From: Utricularia gibba
Lineage: Eukaryota > Plantae > Magnoliophyta
Length of the DNA stretch: 64,000 nt
Direction of reading: 5' to 3'
NCBI GenBank assembly: GCA_002189035.1
Contig: NEEC01000021.1
Span: 1 to 64,000 of the forward strand
The notes under the pieces were generated by a model. That model was not told the origin of the DNA, ran no database searches, and saw only the letters and a program-made list of their open reading frames with translations. The position numbers and the translations under genes are program-made. Positions 32,434 to 45,889 of the stretch are shown here, piece by piece (positions within the stretch are counted from its first letter, which is position 1; every line of letters begins with the position of its first letter).

Positions 32434-35400
32434 TGCTGGGAGTAGGGGGATAACAGAGGATCCCTTTGTACACAAAAGATGTTGTTTTGTGTTAATGTGT
32501 ATGAGTGAGACAAGGGGTACACAATTAACCAGAGACAGAAACTCCAGCTCCACCCAGCATCACAATCAGCCCTGTGGTTGATTTCCTCGCATCAACATCT
32601 CCCGCTAAGTCAGAATCCACATAAATTCATGACCCCATTTCCTTTAATCCATAACAGAGACAGCGGTCTACTATGCCTTTCAAATACCGCACCAACCATT
32701 TAGCAGCATCTCAATGTAAACGCCCTCGATTTGATAGAAACCCGCTGATGCAACTAACCACATATGCGATGTCCGGACAGGTGCTCACCATAATATATAT
32801 CACAGAGCCTATCAACGATGCAAAAGGGATGTTTTCCATCTCACATTGTTCATCAGCACTCTATGGGTTCATCGGGACTTTACAATCTTTCATACCAAAT
32901 TTCTCTACCACTTGAAGAATATAACAAGTCTGATTCAGAAACAACTTACCTCTTGTGCGATCACATTCAATATCAACTCCTAATATTTGCTGCACTGGAC
33001 CTAGATCCTTCATGTCAACTCTAGGCCGAGTTGCTGCTTCAGCAGCATGTCGTCTACGTATAACAGCAATATTTTTGCATCAGCTTCGACATGCTTGAAG
33101 CAAACACAAGGATCTGATTCAGACCGAGTAAATCCAATCCAAAGCATGTAATTGTCAAATCTTTTGTTCCACTCTCTTGGAGCGCGCTTCTAATGGTAGA
33201 GACTCTTTTGAATGTTACAGACAAGCTGTTCCTGCCCCTTCTTTACGAATCCTTGAATCTGTCTCATAAAGATGCCTTCCTTTAACTATCCAGGGAGAAA
33301 AGTTGTTTTAACGTCCATCAGGTGTAGCTCTAAGTTCCACATTGCCACAAATGCCAGAATAATTTGGATGGTTGATAGGCGTGTAACAGGGGAGAATATT
33401 TCTTGGTAATCCACTTATTTTTCTTCAATTCTTCTTCCAGGTGGTAACTCGGTAAGCATATAAGCTTGATTCTTCCAGATTGATCTCATCTCGTCTATCA
33501 TGGCTTCTAGCCATTTATCCTTCTCTATTGATTGCAGTACATCTTCAAAAGATTCACGTTCCCCTTGCTTTGTGATGAGAATAAACTCATCAAGTGTGTA
33601 CCTGGTGTTAGGAACTGGGCCTCGAGTTGACTGTCTCAGCTATTCCATCATCGGTGTCATCTGTGTGGCATTCTGCACAGGATCTGCAACTGATGGTCCT
33701 ATAATCCTGGTGGATGTTGCAGCAACGCCAGATATGGAGTCATTCAGCTGTGTAGCTCCTAAAGATTCCAGAGACTGATGCACTTCACCGTCTGGTTGTC
33801 CTCCTTCCAGATCAGAGCACTTTTGATCTTCTAGAAATTTCACATTTCTAGATCGAATGATTCTCCTTGCATCAGGATCCCAAAAAAAATACCCCAACTC
33901 CAGTTCTCGATAACCCAAGAAAATACAGGATCTTGAGTGGTCATCTAGCTTCTTGCATTGATCTGTGGGAACAAGCATGAAAGTTTTGCCGTCAAAGACA
34001 TTTAAGTGATCAAAACTTACCGGTTTTCCCACCCAGGCTTCTTCTGGTATGCTGAATGAAATAGCCTTCTTGGGAATTCTATTCGATAAGTAAGAAGTAG
34101 TCTTGAGTGCTTCTCCCTTGAACCTACTTGACAGAACTGAGTCTTTCAACATATATCGCACCTTGTCGAAGAGAGTTCGGTTCAGTCTTTCAACAATTGG
34201 ATTGTGTTGCAGTGTTCCAGGTACTATGGCAACCTTCTGGATGCCAAAATTTTGACAATAAGTTTTGAACTCCTCACTGCAAAATTTCCCACCATTATCT
34301 GTCCAGAAACACTTGAGCTTAGCTCCTGTTTCACTTTCTACCATTACATGGAAATGCTTGAAGGTTTCAAAGACATCTGACTTTCTATTCACAAGGTATA
34401 CCCATGTTTTACATGTGGCATCATCCACAAATGTCAGATAATGTTGCATCCCACCAGCCGTAGAAACATTCACAAGATCACCAACATCAACAAAAACAAC
34501 CGCAAGCTTTTGTGGATGCCTCTGAAAACTTGATCGAAACGCTACTCAATGCTATTTCCCATAGATGCAGCTCTCACTTACATTTGAGGATCTGGTAGTT
34601 TCAATCCGGCCCTTGTTGGACAGCCTATGTATTCCAACTTCTGATAGATGTCCCATTCTCCTATGCCATAAATCATAAGATACATGAGAACTTGTCACCA
34701 CATTCAATTGGGCAGACATATGCTTCAATTTGGTTTTATACACTCCTCCAACCATATAGCCTTTTGTCACTACTATAGAGCCCTTGATCAACTTCCACGT
34801 TCTTTCACCAAGAATATGTATGTAACCCATCATTTCTAACTCACCTGCTAATAACAAGTTCACCCTTAAAGTTGGTACATGCCACATGTCTCTTAACTAC
34901 AGCAAGGTCCCCATGTTGGTGGTGACCATTAAATCACCTATTCCTGCAACCTCAGGAACTGACTAGTTACACATCTTGACAGTGCAGGCCTTACAAGGCT
35001 TATAATTGATCAGCTCGGTGTGTCTAGATGTGGCAGGGAACTAGGCAGCTGAATCAACAAACCAAGAACTCTCAAGACCTGTTTCCCTAGCTTCTGCTGC
35101 TAACAAAACCAGCAAGTCATCATCCACATCACTCAAATATGCTGTGGAATGGGTTTCTGGTTGATCCCTTGCTTGCCACTCTTTTGATGCATCTTGTTGA
35201 GATTTCTTGTAACTACGACAATGCTTACATAGATTTGCCGCAGTAAAAATAGGATCGAATCTTTTGCTTCTTGTCCTTCTCATCCCGAGTATGGGATTTT
35301 TCACGATGCTTAGACTTATCTCTTCTTGACCTGTTAGATCTCTCTTGCGATCGCCCCCTATAGTCCCCCTCACCATAGGCAAGAGTTCCTCTATTATCAA

Positions 35401-37583
35401 GGCCTTTCTCCACTCCTGCGTTCCACCTCTGCAACTTCTCTTGAAGTAGAGAAGTGGCGACCACATCAAATTTGAGACCACCGCTTGCCGAGTCGCTCAA
35501 TGTGATTACCAACATTTCCCATGAATCCAGAAGAGTATCCATCAGTTGAATGGCTTGAATCTCTTCATCAAAGCTCATTTTTTCTGAGACCATTTGATCC
35601 ACATAATCTTTAAAGCGTCTTAGGTGCTCAGACATGGACTCTCAACATATGCTTTTTAGTGTCTTAAGAATACAAAAATAAGTAATATTATGTTATTAAA
35701 TTGACGCTTTATTAGGTATTTCCGTATTTTCATGATTAGGTGCATTATTTAGGTGATTTAGTCCGAATCTTTGTTTTAAGTACTTCTCTTTAGCAATGCA
35801 ACACGTTTTATGTAATGTGAATCCCAAGGAGTCGAACATGAATAGTGAAATGACAAAAGATAAGATCAAAGACTGAAAAGAACACAAAATCCAATGAAAT
35901 TAAAAAGTAAGATTTTGGACAAAAAAAGAGACAAGATGGAGAGAATAAATATATCTCCCCATTGAAGTCCCCATTGAAGAACATGAAAATAATTCTAGGG
36001 AGGGAGATCTAGTAGGAAAGAATAGTAGAACCATGGAGGATGAAGAAGACGAAACCAAAATTCAAACTTACTTGTGAACTTTCCGTTGTTTATTATGAAT
36101 ACTATTCCTAGTAGGAATAGTTTTAGCTTTCCACGTGAACAATTTACGATTTTTGTTTCTTTCCTTGTTATTGCATTGTGACATGAACATGTTTTGGCTG
36201 CTATGTTATGAGCATATTTCATTTTACTTCAACATGAGTGACTAAATACACATGATGCCTTGAGGTAAAATGAGGGTGCGCATAATTATTGCTAATTAGA
36301 CTACATTAGCTCAATAATCAGACCATTTCCTTATCAAATCAGGGTAGATACATGAGAAGAAAATGGTTGTTTTCATCATAAGCAACCTAACTAGAGGTAG
36401 ATCAAAAGTTTGAAAAATCAAAGATTGTGTAGATTTGAATTCATGTGTTATTAGATAAATGATTATCAAGTTGGGTAGTTAAGTGAAGTAATGATCGTGT
36501 CACTCCTACAAATCTCAATGCATTACATTACCTATTTCTAATTATTAGTTGAATTTGCGTACTATTTCTTACTACATTTTATCGTAAACTTGTCTTAATC
36601 TTTAGCTTAGACTAAATCCTTCAAACTGTGACAAAAACAACATGCATCAACATTCACACAACAAGCATATAACTCCTTATATTCTACTTTGATCCACTAT
36701 CCTAATGTTTTTCGTATGATTTAATGTAAATTAGATTTATAAATTTGTTTGATAGAAGAATTTGTAATTTAACAATGTTGTATAATTTTTTATTTATCAC
36801 TCTACATCCTTATACTTCAACCTATACATGCTTTGTACAATGCTAATTTGTTTAATGCATTGTCTGACCGAAACATGTCCTCCAGTGCTTTCCAGGGTTG
36901 CCGAGCATAGTCGAACTCACTGATCTGATGAGAAAGACTTTTCTAAATACAGAGATTCATTATTGCTACCGCCTTTAGGTGCAAACGTCACCAATCATGC
37001 TCTGTTACACTAGTGGGCCGCTATGCTCAACTAATCACTGGATCCCAAAGATCCTTGCACACTAACACAGATTTTATGTTGGAGTGTCACAAGGAATAAT
37101 TTGTGGCATTTAGTTTGGACACTCCGTGTACCTCGTCCATCCCAACCTAAGCTATGATGTTGTTGGAAATAGAGGACCCCTTTGTACACAATTAATGTTT
37201 ATGAGTGAGACAAAGAGCACACAATTAACCAGATAAAAACCAAGGTTCGCACCTGGTAAAACCTTCTGGTCGTTCACTATAAAACAGCACAATGAGGATA
37301 GCAAACGAACACGAAATCTGCAACAAAGCGACACAAACACACTTCTGCAGCGTTCTGCGCTTGATCACCAGATCACTCCTGCGCCAGAGTTGCCTGTCTT
37401 CCCCTCTTGCTGCTTAGACAGAACTCATCCTCTAATCACAGAGGACGCACGTCCTTTCACCAAATCTCCTGGATAATCGTAACAACCATAGCCACGTCTT
37501 GCATGGCCCTGGCACCATGTCACTTCCAGCCTGGATCCCACTTCAACCTGTGGATTAATTTCCTTACCAGATCTTGTATACCA
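32434..37583 (-). mobile_element. Tork/Tnt1-like copia element, decayed, inserted in the accD NUPT
   Basis: 5' LTR ~37161-37583; gag ATG at 37140 (MDEVHGVSKLNATNYS); WFVDSAA; LWHRRMGH; FVDDATCKTW; RT; YVDSDLAGD; truncated 3' LTR 32434-32525. No clean TSD. Confidence 0.85.
35643..36799 (+). mobile_element. Gypsy solo LTR with damaged 5' end, inserted in the Tork gag
   Basis: Ends ..TATTTATCA like the other solo LTRs. Flanks are CTCT(C)/CTCTA, and removal restores LKYKDVE|SMSEHL. Confidence 0.75.
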
Positions 37584-37812
37584 ACTCCTTTATAGAGTTG
37601 TGATTCAATTCAAAGAGAAAGATCTAATGATCTCAATGCAAGTAAAAAATACATGCATATGTGGATTCAATGCAAAAATTGTTATGGATTCACTTATAAG
37701 AGATATTTGTACTCAAAAATGAATTTTTGTGAACTTGAAAATGAACAATTCAGAAAGAATTGAATTTTTGATTGACCTCAGCATTTGAGAATCCTATGGA
37801 TGAACACATGGT

Positions 37813-38226
37813 TTTTGGAAACACATGAGAAGATGCAAAACCCATCAGTGGAAGTGGTTTTACTAGGTAAAACCCATCAGAACTCGGAAACCTCTTGGAC
37901 GTAAGACTCACCTACACAAAAGAAGAATCAAGTATATTTCAACAATACACAAAATACAATAACATCACTCTATCGACTCATCTACCACGCCTACACTAAC
38001 TCCGGTAGAATCATGCCTCCATTGCACTCTAGCAACTTCCGATCATAGCTCAGAGACTCTCCACTGAAACAGAAAGAAAAATTATCTCAACTTTCCCCGA
38101 GAATCTTATGCATATCCGTTATATGGTGATTGACTACGTCGTTGCTATTACCATCATGCCCATGCATCTCACTTTGCTTCAGCCCAATTGTGCCATGCTA
38201 CTCAAACTTCCAGCATGTCAGCAACA
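37813..38226. mobile_element. Solo LTR (414 bp) inside the accD NUPT
   Basis: TTTTGG(TG>TT)...CAACA with TSD ATGGT/ATGGC. accD PMDEHMV continues across it to ..DPIE. Confidence 0.7.
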
Positions 38227-39145
38227 ATGGCCTCATAGGATCCCATTGAGTTTTTTTTTTTTTTTTTTTCAGAAGAGGATCCTTATAAAAATTATACGAA
38301 TTCTTATCAAAGAAAGACATGATTGACAGAGGTTGTTCAAGCAGGCATGAGCCAACTAAATGGTATTCCAATTGCGATGGGGATTATGGATTTCCAATTT
38401 TGGGGGTATTAGTAGGGGAAAAAATAACCCGCTTGATTGAGTACGCCACCAATCAGTTTCTTCTTCTTATTATAGTGTGCAGTTCGAGAGTTCCATGCAT
38501 GCAAGAAGGGAGTTTAAGGTTGATGCAAATGGCTTAAACATTGTCTTCCTTACAATTGTTAATCACATAAAAAGTGATTTTGTGTAACAATCCTTACCTC
38601 TTGTGCTACAGGTGGGGTAACAGCCCGTTTTCGTATGCTGAGAGACATTATCACTGCCGAGCCCAACTCCTACATTGCATTTTTAGGTAAAAGAGATTGA
38701 TTTAACATTGAATAAAACAGTACATGAAGGTTTACAAGTGTAAATATTTCCGTAAGGGCTTATTCTGATGGTACATGGTAATCTTTTAAAATGAATAAAT
38801 TTTTTTTTGTGTCATTTAGGATTGAACTGTTGAACAAATCCAATGTTGACAATAACTCGTTCTTTATTAAATTAGAAGACAAGGTCACATGAACAAACCA
38901 TAAAGAAATCAAGAAAAAGACTCAAGTTTATTATAATATATATCTTTCATGTAGAAAAACGAGTAAACCCATTTTCGAAGTTCGATTTTCATCCTATTTA
39001 TTCTATATACTTATTTCAACTATATGGATAGTGATATTTAGAGATATTTTAAAAACTAGTATGTAATAATATTAGTTCTAATTAGTATTAATTGGTTTAA
39101 TTATAAAAATAATAGGTACAAATAGCAAATCAAGCTATCGATTTT

Positions 39146-39250
39146 ATGACAATTTTCAACCTTCCCCCTATTTTTGTGTATTTCATTGGCATAGTATTTC
39201 AGGCAATTGCAGTGCCTTTTTTTATTTCTTTATATTAAAAAAATATTTAG
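39146..39250 (+). pseudogene. psaI: Plastid psaI-derived NUPT
   Basis: ATGACAATTTTCAACCTTCCCCCTATTTTTGTG..GTATTTCAGGCAATTGCA, downstream of accD as in the plastome. Confidence 0.85.
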
Positions 39251-39619
39251 CACCGGAAAGCTACTATCCCAACCGTGTTCTTGAAATTTAAACTTGTAGC
39301 CTGACACATATATTAATTCTTTTTTCAGTAAATCTGATTTATCCTTCATTTTGGTGGACCATGAGGCCGTGTTTGGTAGTAGTTTTAGTAATACTGGTAT
39401 AATTTATACCAGATAAAACTTATCCCTCCTATAAGTACATATTATGTTTGGTAGTATGGAATTTATGAGTTGGAATAAGATATCCCATGACTTCTTTGGT
39501 AGACATATATTGGATTACTTTTTACAGATTTTGAACAAAGACATCTTTACCCTTCTACATTTTTTTTATCTGGGTAGGGTTCTTGGCTTCGACTCTTCAA
39601 TCATTCTCCAATTTTCTGT

Positions 39620-39897
39620 GCGAAATGAGCACGTCCCACACAAAGAACAACAATGGTCAATCGAAATTGAAATGCGGGTGGAGCGTTGAAGAAGAATGTC
39701 TTCTTGTTATCGCTTTCAAGGATATTATTGGCAGTGGGTGGAAGAGTGAAAATGGTTTTAAAAATGTGTATTATGTATCTCTTGAGAAGATGATGAAGAA
39801 ACGCAAACCCACTTCAACTTTGACAGCTATTCCACACATTTCTTCGAAAATCAAGATCTGGAAAATGGAATACTACATGATCATGGAATTTTTTTAA
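39620..39897 (+). pseudogene. Harbinger Myb/SANT-like protein (ORF1), 3'-truncated
   Basis: WSVEEECLLVIAFKDIIGSGWKSENGFKNVYY..HISSKIKIWK. Confidence 0.85.
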
Positions 39898-40228
39898 AAT
39901 CAATTTTTGTTTTATTAATCTGTTTTACAATAAAAAACAATGTTCAGCATAAACTTTGATTTATGTATTTAAATTCATGTATTAAATTATTTTATATTAA
40001 CGCTATCTACGAAATAAGTAATTTGGTAAGAGTCCAATACACAAACGTGTTGGACTCCTACCACATTACTTATTTCGTAGGTGCTATTAATGTGGGATAC
40101 ACACAGGCATGGTTTATGCATAACCTATATCCGTGTGTTGGATTTCTACCAAATTACTTATTTCATAGGCAGTATTAATACAGGATACACTGTGGTTCGT
40201 ACCGAAACGTTTGGATATATCTGGTTCC

Positions 40229-40670
40229 AGGCATCCACATGAGAAAAGGTGGGTGCCTAGAATTTGGTTGCAGACTCACAAACACCCTCACGAGGCACCC
40301 ACATGAGAGAAGTGGGTGTCTGGAAACTGTCACAAATACTCCTTCCCAAACACTCATATCAGAGAAGTGTGTGCCTGGAAATGATCTTACCCACTCTTCC
40401 TAGACACTCACACAATGCATTATTTTGTAGATACCGTCCAACTCTCTTTCCCGACACACTCCCGAGGCACCCACATGAGGGAAGTGGGTGTCTAGAAATG
40501 GTCTTATCCACTCTTCCCAAACACCCACACAATGCATTATTTTGTAGGTACCGTCTAACTCTCTTTCCCGACACCCTCCCAAGACACCCACATGAGAGAA
40601 CTGGGTGCCTGGAAATGGTCTTACCCACTTTTCCCAAACACCCACACAATGCATTATTTTGAAGGTGCCG
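40229..40670. repeat. 117-bp tandem array (~3 full units plus 2 partial), each unit carrying a G(G/A)CACCCAC-N9-GTGGGTG(T/C)C hairpin
   Basis: CAATGCATTATTTTG at 40413, 40530 and 40647; hairpins at 40230, 40294, ~40349 (degenerate), 40466 and 40583. Confidence 0.92.
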
Positions 40671-40992
40671 TCCAAAGTATAATTAAGGATCGAATGCTAA
40701 TAAAATTAAAAACTAAGAAACTTTCATATTTATCATATGATTTAATAAATAAAATATTTAAATTATTTATATTTTTAGTAAACATGTGTCATATGATTAT
40801 AAAAATATTTTTTTAAATGTTGCATCTCGCATGTTCTCGCATGCTTAAAAATAAATATGATTTATAAAAATGCTGATAATAATCTTAAGTTCACTTTGCA
40901 ACGACATGTTCTACCATGTTTAAAAATAACAAATGTTCAATCTTGGATATGATAGTTAACAGAAACACAAAAAACGAATGCATATCTATTCA

Positions 40993-42330
40993 TATACTCA
41001 TTCCACATAATTGTTGCAAGCTCACACGCCATGTACACCACCCTGGAGAGGTTTCAACAACTGTTATGAATTCACCAGCCCCTTGCTCAACAGATTCAGT
41101 AAAATTCTCTGACACTTCAGCTTCCAACGGATCATATGCCATATTCATTCTTACGAAATTGTGTAATAAAGCACAAGCAAGAATAATGCGACTTTGTGTT
41201 TGAACTGAATAGTAGGATGTTGACCGAAGAATGGCCCATCGAGTCTTTAAAATTCCCCATGCTCTCTCAATTACATTTCTCGGTGAGGCGTGCCGCATGT
41301 TAAACAACTCTTTCGCATTTTGAGATGCTGAATTTCCAGTACCCCATTCTTTTAAATGATAGCGTACATTCCGATATGGAGCTAGGAAGCCATCACAATT
41401 GGTGTAGCCATTATCGCATAGATAATAGCAACCTGCAATCACAACATGCATTTGTATAGTAAAATGTTTCTGAAAACAGCCTGAAACAATGGAAATTCAT
41501 GCATGGAAAAACTTTTAAAAATCTTACTAACTTCACAACTAACCTTTACATACTCGTAGACCATCAACTTCCTTCAACAAAGCACTTTTAAGTATACGAC
41601 TGTCACTAGCCGATCCTTCCCAACCAGCAAGCATGTAAATAAAATTCATATTTTGATCACATACACCCAAGACATTGAAGGCTATTGTACCTTTTCGGGT
41701 TCGATATTTTGACTTATCACACTCAGGTACCCGTGCCTCAATATAGGACCCATCTAAAGCACCTAAACAATTCTACACATATTACAAACATTCAACAATT
41801 AATAGTTATTAAGATAAACATTGCATAACCAAAAAATGAAATAGTACCTCAAAGAAACGGAACCTTGCTGTGGCGTTGGTAGTAGTAACAGGTTCACCCT
41901 TAACTAACAGCTTATCATGCAGGCATAAAACAGCTGCAAGAACGGCCTTGAAGTGACAGCTAATTGTCCAAGTCGATCTTTTGAAGGATGACTTTTGAAC
42001 TCGCATCTTCTTATGATGGGCTAAAATACCTAAGAAAATACAAACTTTCTCACTGATAGTTACATACTTCGAGTCACGATGCCCTGCATAATCACGAAGT
42101 AGACAACACAATCATCCAAAGACATCTCGATTCATCCTCAATTCCTCCAAAGCTGTGTTGTTCATGTTGCTAACTAATTTATGAAGATGTTCAATTTATC
42201 TTGGCATTTTCGATGTATATGAGTATCGGCATTGCTGTCTTGAACCATGAGAACGTAGTCGGAGCAGCACAATAAGTGCAATAATATGAGCAATTTCGAA
42301 ATTCCTTTGCAACAAATATGCCAATAACAA
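40993..42330 (-). pseudogene. Harbinger DDE transposase, 3 exons, near-intact
   Basis: ISEKVCIFLGILAHH; CLGALDGSYI; AGWEGSASDSRIL; YYLCDNGY; RNVIERAWGILKTRWAIL. GT-AG introns at ~41850-41775 and ~41545-41433; at least one internal stop. Confidence 0.92.
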
Positions 42331-43334
42331 TAACTGAGCATTCTCATCAATTGATTCCATCCAAAAAAATAATTTGGGTTCCTACAATTAATTCATCAAA
42401 TATAATAATTAATGCAAGAGAGACTACATGCTTATGCGTACACACATCAGGAACAAAGCAAACAATCAGAAAATACAAAATGAATATGTTTGCATTATTA
42501 AAGAAATTATTCATTCATCTTGGCTATTGACATTCGATTTTGATGTCTTCAAATGGGTGGGACACCGAATGAATACTTTGTTGTGCCACCGAACAGTCAA
42601 AACATGGACCTCAATTATATGAATTTGAGATCCAACAATGGGTCTACGATCCAAATTTTGCAAGTCGGTATAGAAAATATTCACAGGTTGAGGAAGAAAA
42701 TCTGTAGATGAAGGAAGAAATTCGCAGGTTGAGGGGAAACATAATCGTAGGGTTGAAAAATAATTTTCCCTCAAATTTAATTCAAGATAAGATATAGATG
42801 CATTTATGGGTATTTTAGACTTTTCATAATCAAAAAGTTATCCATGTGTAAGGTATAAAATTAAAGAGGGGTTTTGATGGGGATACTTTTATGACTTATA
42901 GAAAGGAAAAAAGTATCCCAGAAAAAATTTAATTCCGCTTACCAAATACATTATTATTATCCCGCATACTAGGATATCCCATCTTATCCCATTTATCCTT
43001 ATTACCAAACACGGCCTGAAAGAAAACCTTCTTAGACCTGCAAAAAATGATCCATTGGTAGAAGAATTCTAACTCATTTTAATCAGATGGATCAAGACAA
43101 GAGCCAGCTAGTGTGGTTGTAAAATTGGTGGATATATCCATATAGGGATATTGGAATCATATAGATAATAATTTTAGATATATGCAATTTGATGAATTAT
43201 TCCCAAAGGTTCACATCAAATGAGTACTAAACATTAAACTAGTACAAGTTGATGACATATAATCAACTAGGAACCAAAAACAAAGGCAAACAAAGTAAAA
43301 ATTATTATTCCAATAAAATGCAATCGGATCAAGT

Positions 43335-43492
43335 ATGATTTCTGGATGAGAACATATATGGATGGACTGATGATAGGGAATAGGGAGCCTATTCCGCTGA
43401 CCTAGACTGATGATAATTTAGCATGCCGAGAGCTTGAAAAAAAGGCAGTGGAATCGGCCTATTTCTACCCTGTACCAATTGGAGTCTTTTAA
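43335..43492 (+). pseudogene. ycf4: Plastid ycf4-derived NUPT with a large internal deletion
   Basis: The start GATCAAGTATG..GAGAACATATATGGAT is fused to the C-terminus PIPLT*TDDNLACRELEKKAVESAYFYPVPIGVF*. Confidence 0.85.
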
Positions 43493-43832
43493 GAAGTAGC
43501 TTGTGTTGGCACCGGGGTTAAAGCCCAAAAGAATCTTGTTTTTTTTTTTCGATAATAAAATTTCAATCAAAAGGTCCAAAGTCGTCATATACAGAATAAA
43601 CATAAAACCTCTTTGTTGGTTTGTTATGCGTAATTTATGCAATTCAATTGAAACATGAGAATCCAATGAGTCCTTCAATTCATCTTATACATTAAATAAA
43701 AAATTACAAACAAAAAAAGGGTATCTTTTTTTTAATAGGCTCGATATTTTGTATATAACTTATTTATTAAGAACTAGTCGATCACATAGAGTCGAACACA
43801 AATCAGGTTAATTCAAATTTAATAGGTTAAAA

Positions 43833-44469
43833 ATGGGTAAAAAGAGAGCATCCACTACTTTTTTCTATCTTGCATTATTAAGTATGGAACCTTGAATTAC
43901 AATCGGTAAAATACAGAAAAATCTGAAATATTTTTGAATGGTCTTTAAGAGAAAAATTCATAGAGTTAAAAGAAATCATCATCCTAGATCAAACGATCAA
44001 CTTCTAGAAAGACACATTTAGAAATTTTTCCAATACAAATCCACAAAAAAATGATACAATTAGCAATATATATATAATGAGTATCTTATTCATAGGATTT
44101 AACACTTCTCATCCAATCTAATATATTTTATTATTCTAATCAATTATTCTATTTTAGGTAATAATGAACATGTTCTTATTAATTCTCATATTCAGGAATT
44201 TCTATATAATTCAAGTGATACAACAAAATCCTTTGCGAAGCTAAAGTGGAAGATCACTCTTTCTGTTGATTCTTTTAGGAACCAATATATATATCGATGA
44301 TTGATGATTATTCTGTCCAAAAGATTTTAGATTTGGTAATAATGATCAATACTATCTAGTATTGTTTCATTTCTTGTTGTCCTCCATACTTTTTTAACTC
44401 TTGGATTTTTCTTATTTAAATCATCTATCTCTAACATTTGTAGTTATTTATCAAGTAATGAATGACTGA
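43833..44469 (+). pseudogene. cemA: Plastid cemA-derived NUPT
   Basis: ATGGGTAAAAAGAGAGCATCCACT..TTCTATCTTGCAT; GAAAAATTCATAGAGTTA; ends GTAGTTATTTATCAAGTAATGAATGACTGA. Confidence 0.87.
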
Positions 44470-44786
44470 TATCAATAAATAATCTACCAATATTTATCAA
44501 ATCAATTCTAATGTTTCACAGTATCTAGTTCTATATTATAGAAGCATTACAAACTTTCTATATGGGGATTTTCTTGTTACTCTAGTCAAAGAATTCTATT
44601 AAATTGTAAAATAATCTATAAGGAACTATTATGGGGTTTATACGGAAATTCTGCAATTATTCAGAAGCTGTTAAAGTAATAAATTGTTATTAAATATAAG
44701 TGATATAAAACTTTCTATGTTGTATAAGCATTACAAACTTCGCATATGGGGATATTGTCGGTACTCTAGTAAAAGGATTCTATTAA

Positions 44787-45020
44787 GTTCATGTTTGGTT
44801 GATTAGTTTGGACAGGTTTGGATGGATATAGAATATATTTTGTGTGTTTGGTATAAGGATTGACTTAACCCATACAAAAACAAAAACCTAAGATTTTCTT
44901 TGCACAAAGGAAAAAAATAAATTCTAAGGGGGAGGTGGGTAAAAATATTTCTATTCAACTAAATTCATATATAATTTTTAATAAACCTCTTCATTCTTTT
45001 CCTTTTAACCAAACATGGCC
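44787..45020. mobile_element. Tourist-like MITE (234 bp)
   Basis: TIR GTTCATGTTTGGTT / reverse complement GGCCATGTTTGGTT; TSD TAA. Confidence 0.85.
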
Positions 45021-45587
45021 TAAATAGTAAAACAATAGATAAGGAACTGTTATGGTGTTTGATAAATTTAAGGTGATTGTAAAAAGGAAGTAAAGAACAA
45101 AGAGCTTGTAACCCAGAAAAAGGAAAGCTAGAGGTGCTTACATCTCATGAAAATGAGATTCATGAATAATTGAGAAGTTTATAAAGAGAACTTGGTCTTG
45201 CTAAGAAGAATCAGGAATTTTTCCTCCTCAAGTTGAATTCTTTTGTCTGAAAGTCAATCCTATATTTCTTCTTACTTTTGACATTTAATTGTGTGTAAAA
45301 TCAAGTATGGAGATGGGACTTCCCATTTTTATGGTATCTTTCTATCCATATGTCTAACACGGGAATATCTTCACCTCATTTTGAAGAAAAGAATGACTCC
45401 TAATATAAAATGCGATAGTATAGATGTACCTGTAGACTTTGGCAAACTTTCTAGGTTGCATACAAACTATGCACAAGAGACTGGTTGGTATTTCAACTCT
45501 CATGTTATAAGATAATCTCAAATTTAATATTTTGCAGTCTACTCCTCTTTTTCTATTTTATTAAAAATCATATAAAGACAATTCCAA

Positions 45588-45884
45588 TTAGGATAATATT
45601 TTATGATTATGAAAAAATTTACTTTTTCTATAGAACATGTAGTAATTTGCTATAACCATATAATACTCCCCCTTCTCAATTACTATGTTTATAGGAGTGA
45701 TCTGCAAACAACGAAAATTTCTCATTCGCTTTTTCCTATTCCCATGAGATGAAAACAAAGTTCTCATTGTGTGTTGATTTACACTTTGAGTAACTCTTGA
45801 ATTGGCCCTTGGAAGCGTGATGCAAATAAATGCATTTTTGTTTTTACGTCTTCGAGCAATACATGCGCATGTAATCCTGGTCAT
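45588..45884 (-). pseudogene. rpl20: Plastid rpl20-derived NUPT
   Basis: MTRITCACIARRR..NSRVTQSVNQHTMRTLFSSHGNRKKRMRNFRCLQITPIN resembles plastid L20. The ORF stays open only through compensating frameshifts. Confidence 0.88.
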
Positions 45885-45889
45885 TGAAT

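Larger units (their letters stand above)
32245..38795 (+). pseudogene. accD: Plastid accD-derived NUPT in three pieces (32245-32433, 37590-37812, 38227-38795)
   Basis: HMWIQCKNCYGFTYK..SKMNFCE; DPIE..SYQRKT; [26 protein letters not shown]; [28 protein letters not shown]. Frameshifted and strongly diverged. Confidence 0.92.
39365..43016. mobile_element. PIF/Harbinger element (3652 bp) in the psaI-ycf4 spacer
   Basis: Perfect 14-bp TIR GGCCGTGTTTGGTA, 3-bp TSD TGA (39362-39364, 43017-43019), and two convergent genes. Confidence 0.95.

Noticed and set aside
38600-38690. Apparent AG..GT-bounded nuclear exon
   Set aside because: It is plastid accD sequence (GGVTA..AEPN); the splice-like ends are coincidental.
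40229-40670. CRISPR-like repeat/spacer array, or a 39-aa repeat protein gene
   Set aside because: The spacers are themselves repeated, there are no cas genes and the context is eukaryotic. The ORFs follow from the 117-bp period, with no expression evidence.
45588-45884. Functional nuclear-relocated rpl20
   Set aside because: Contains compensating frameshifts, has no transit peptide, and sits within a decayed NUPT.
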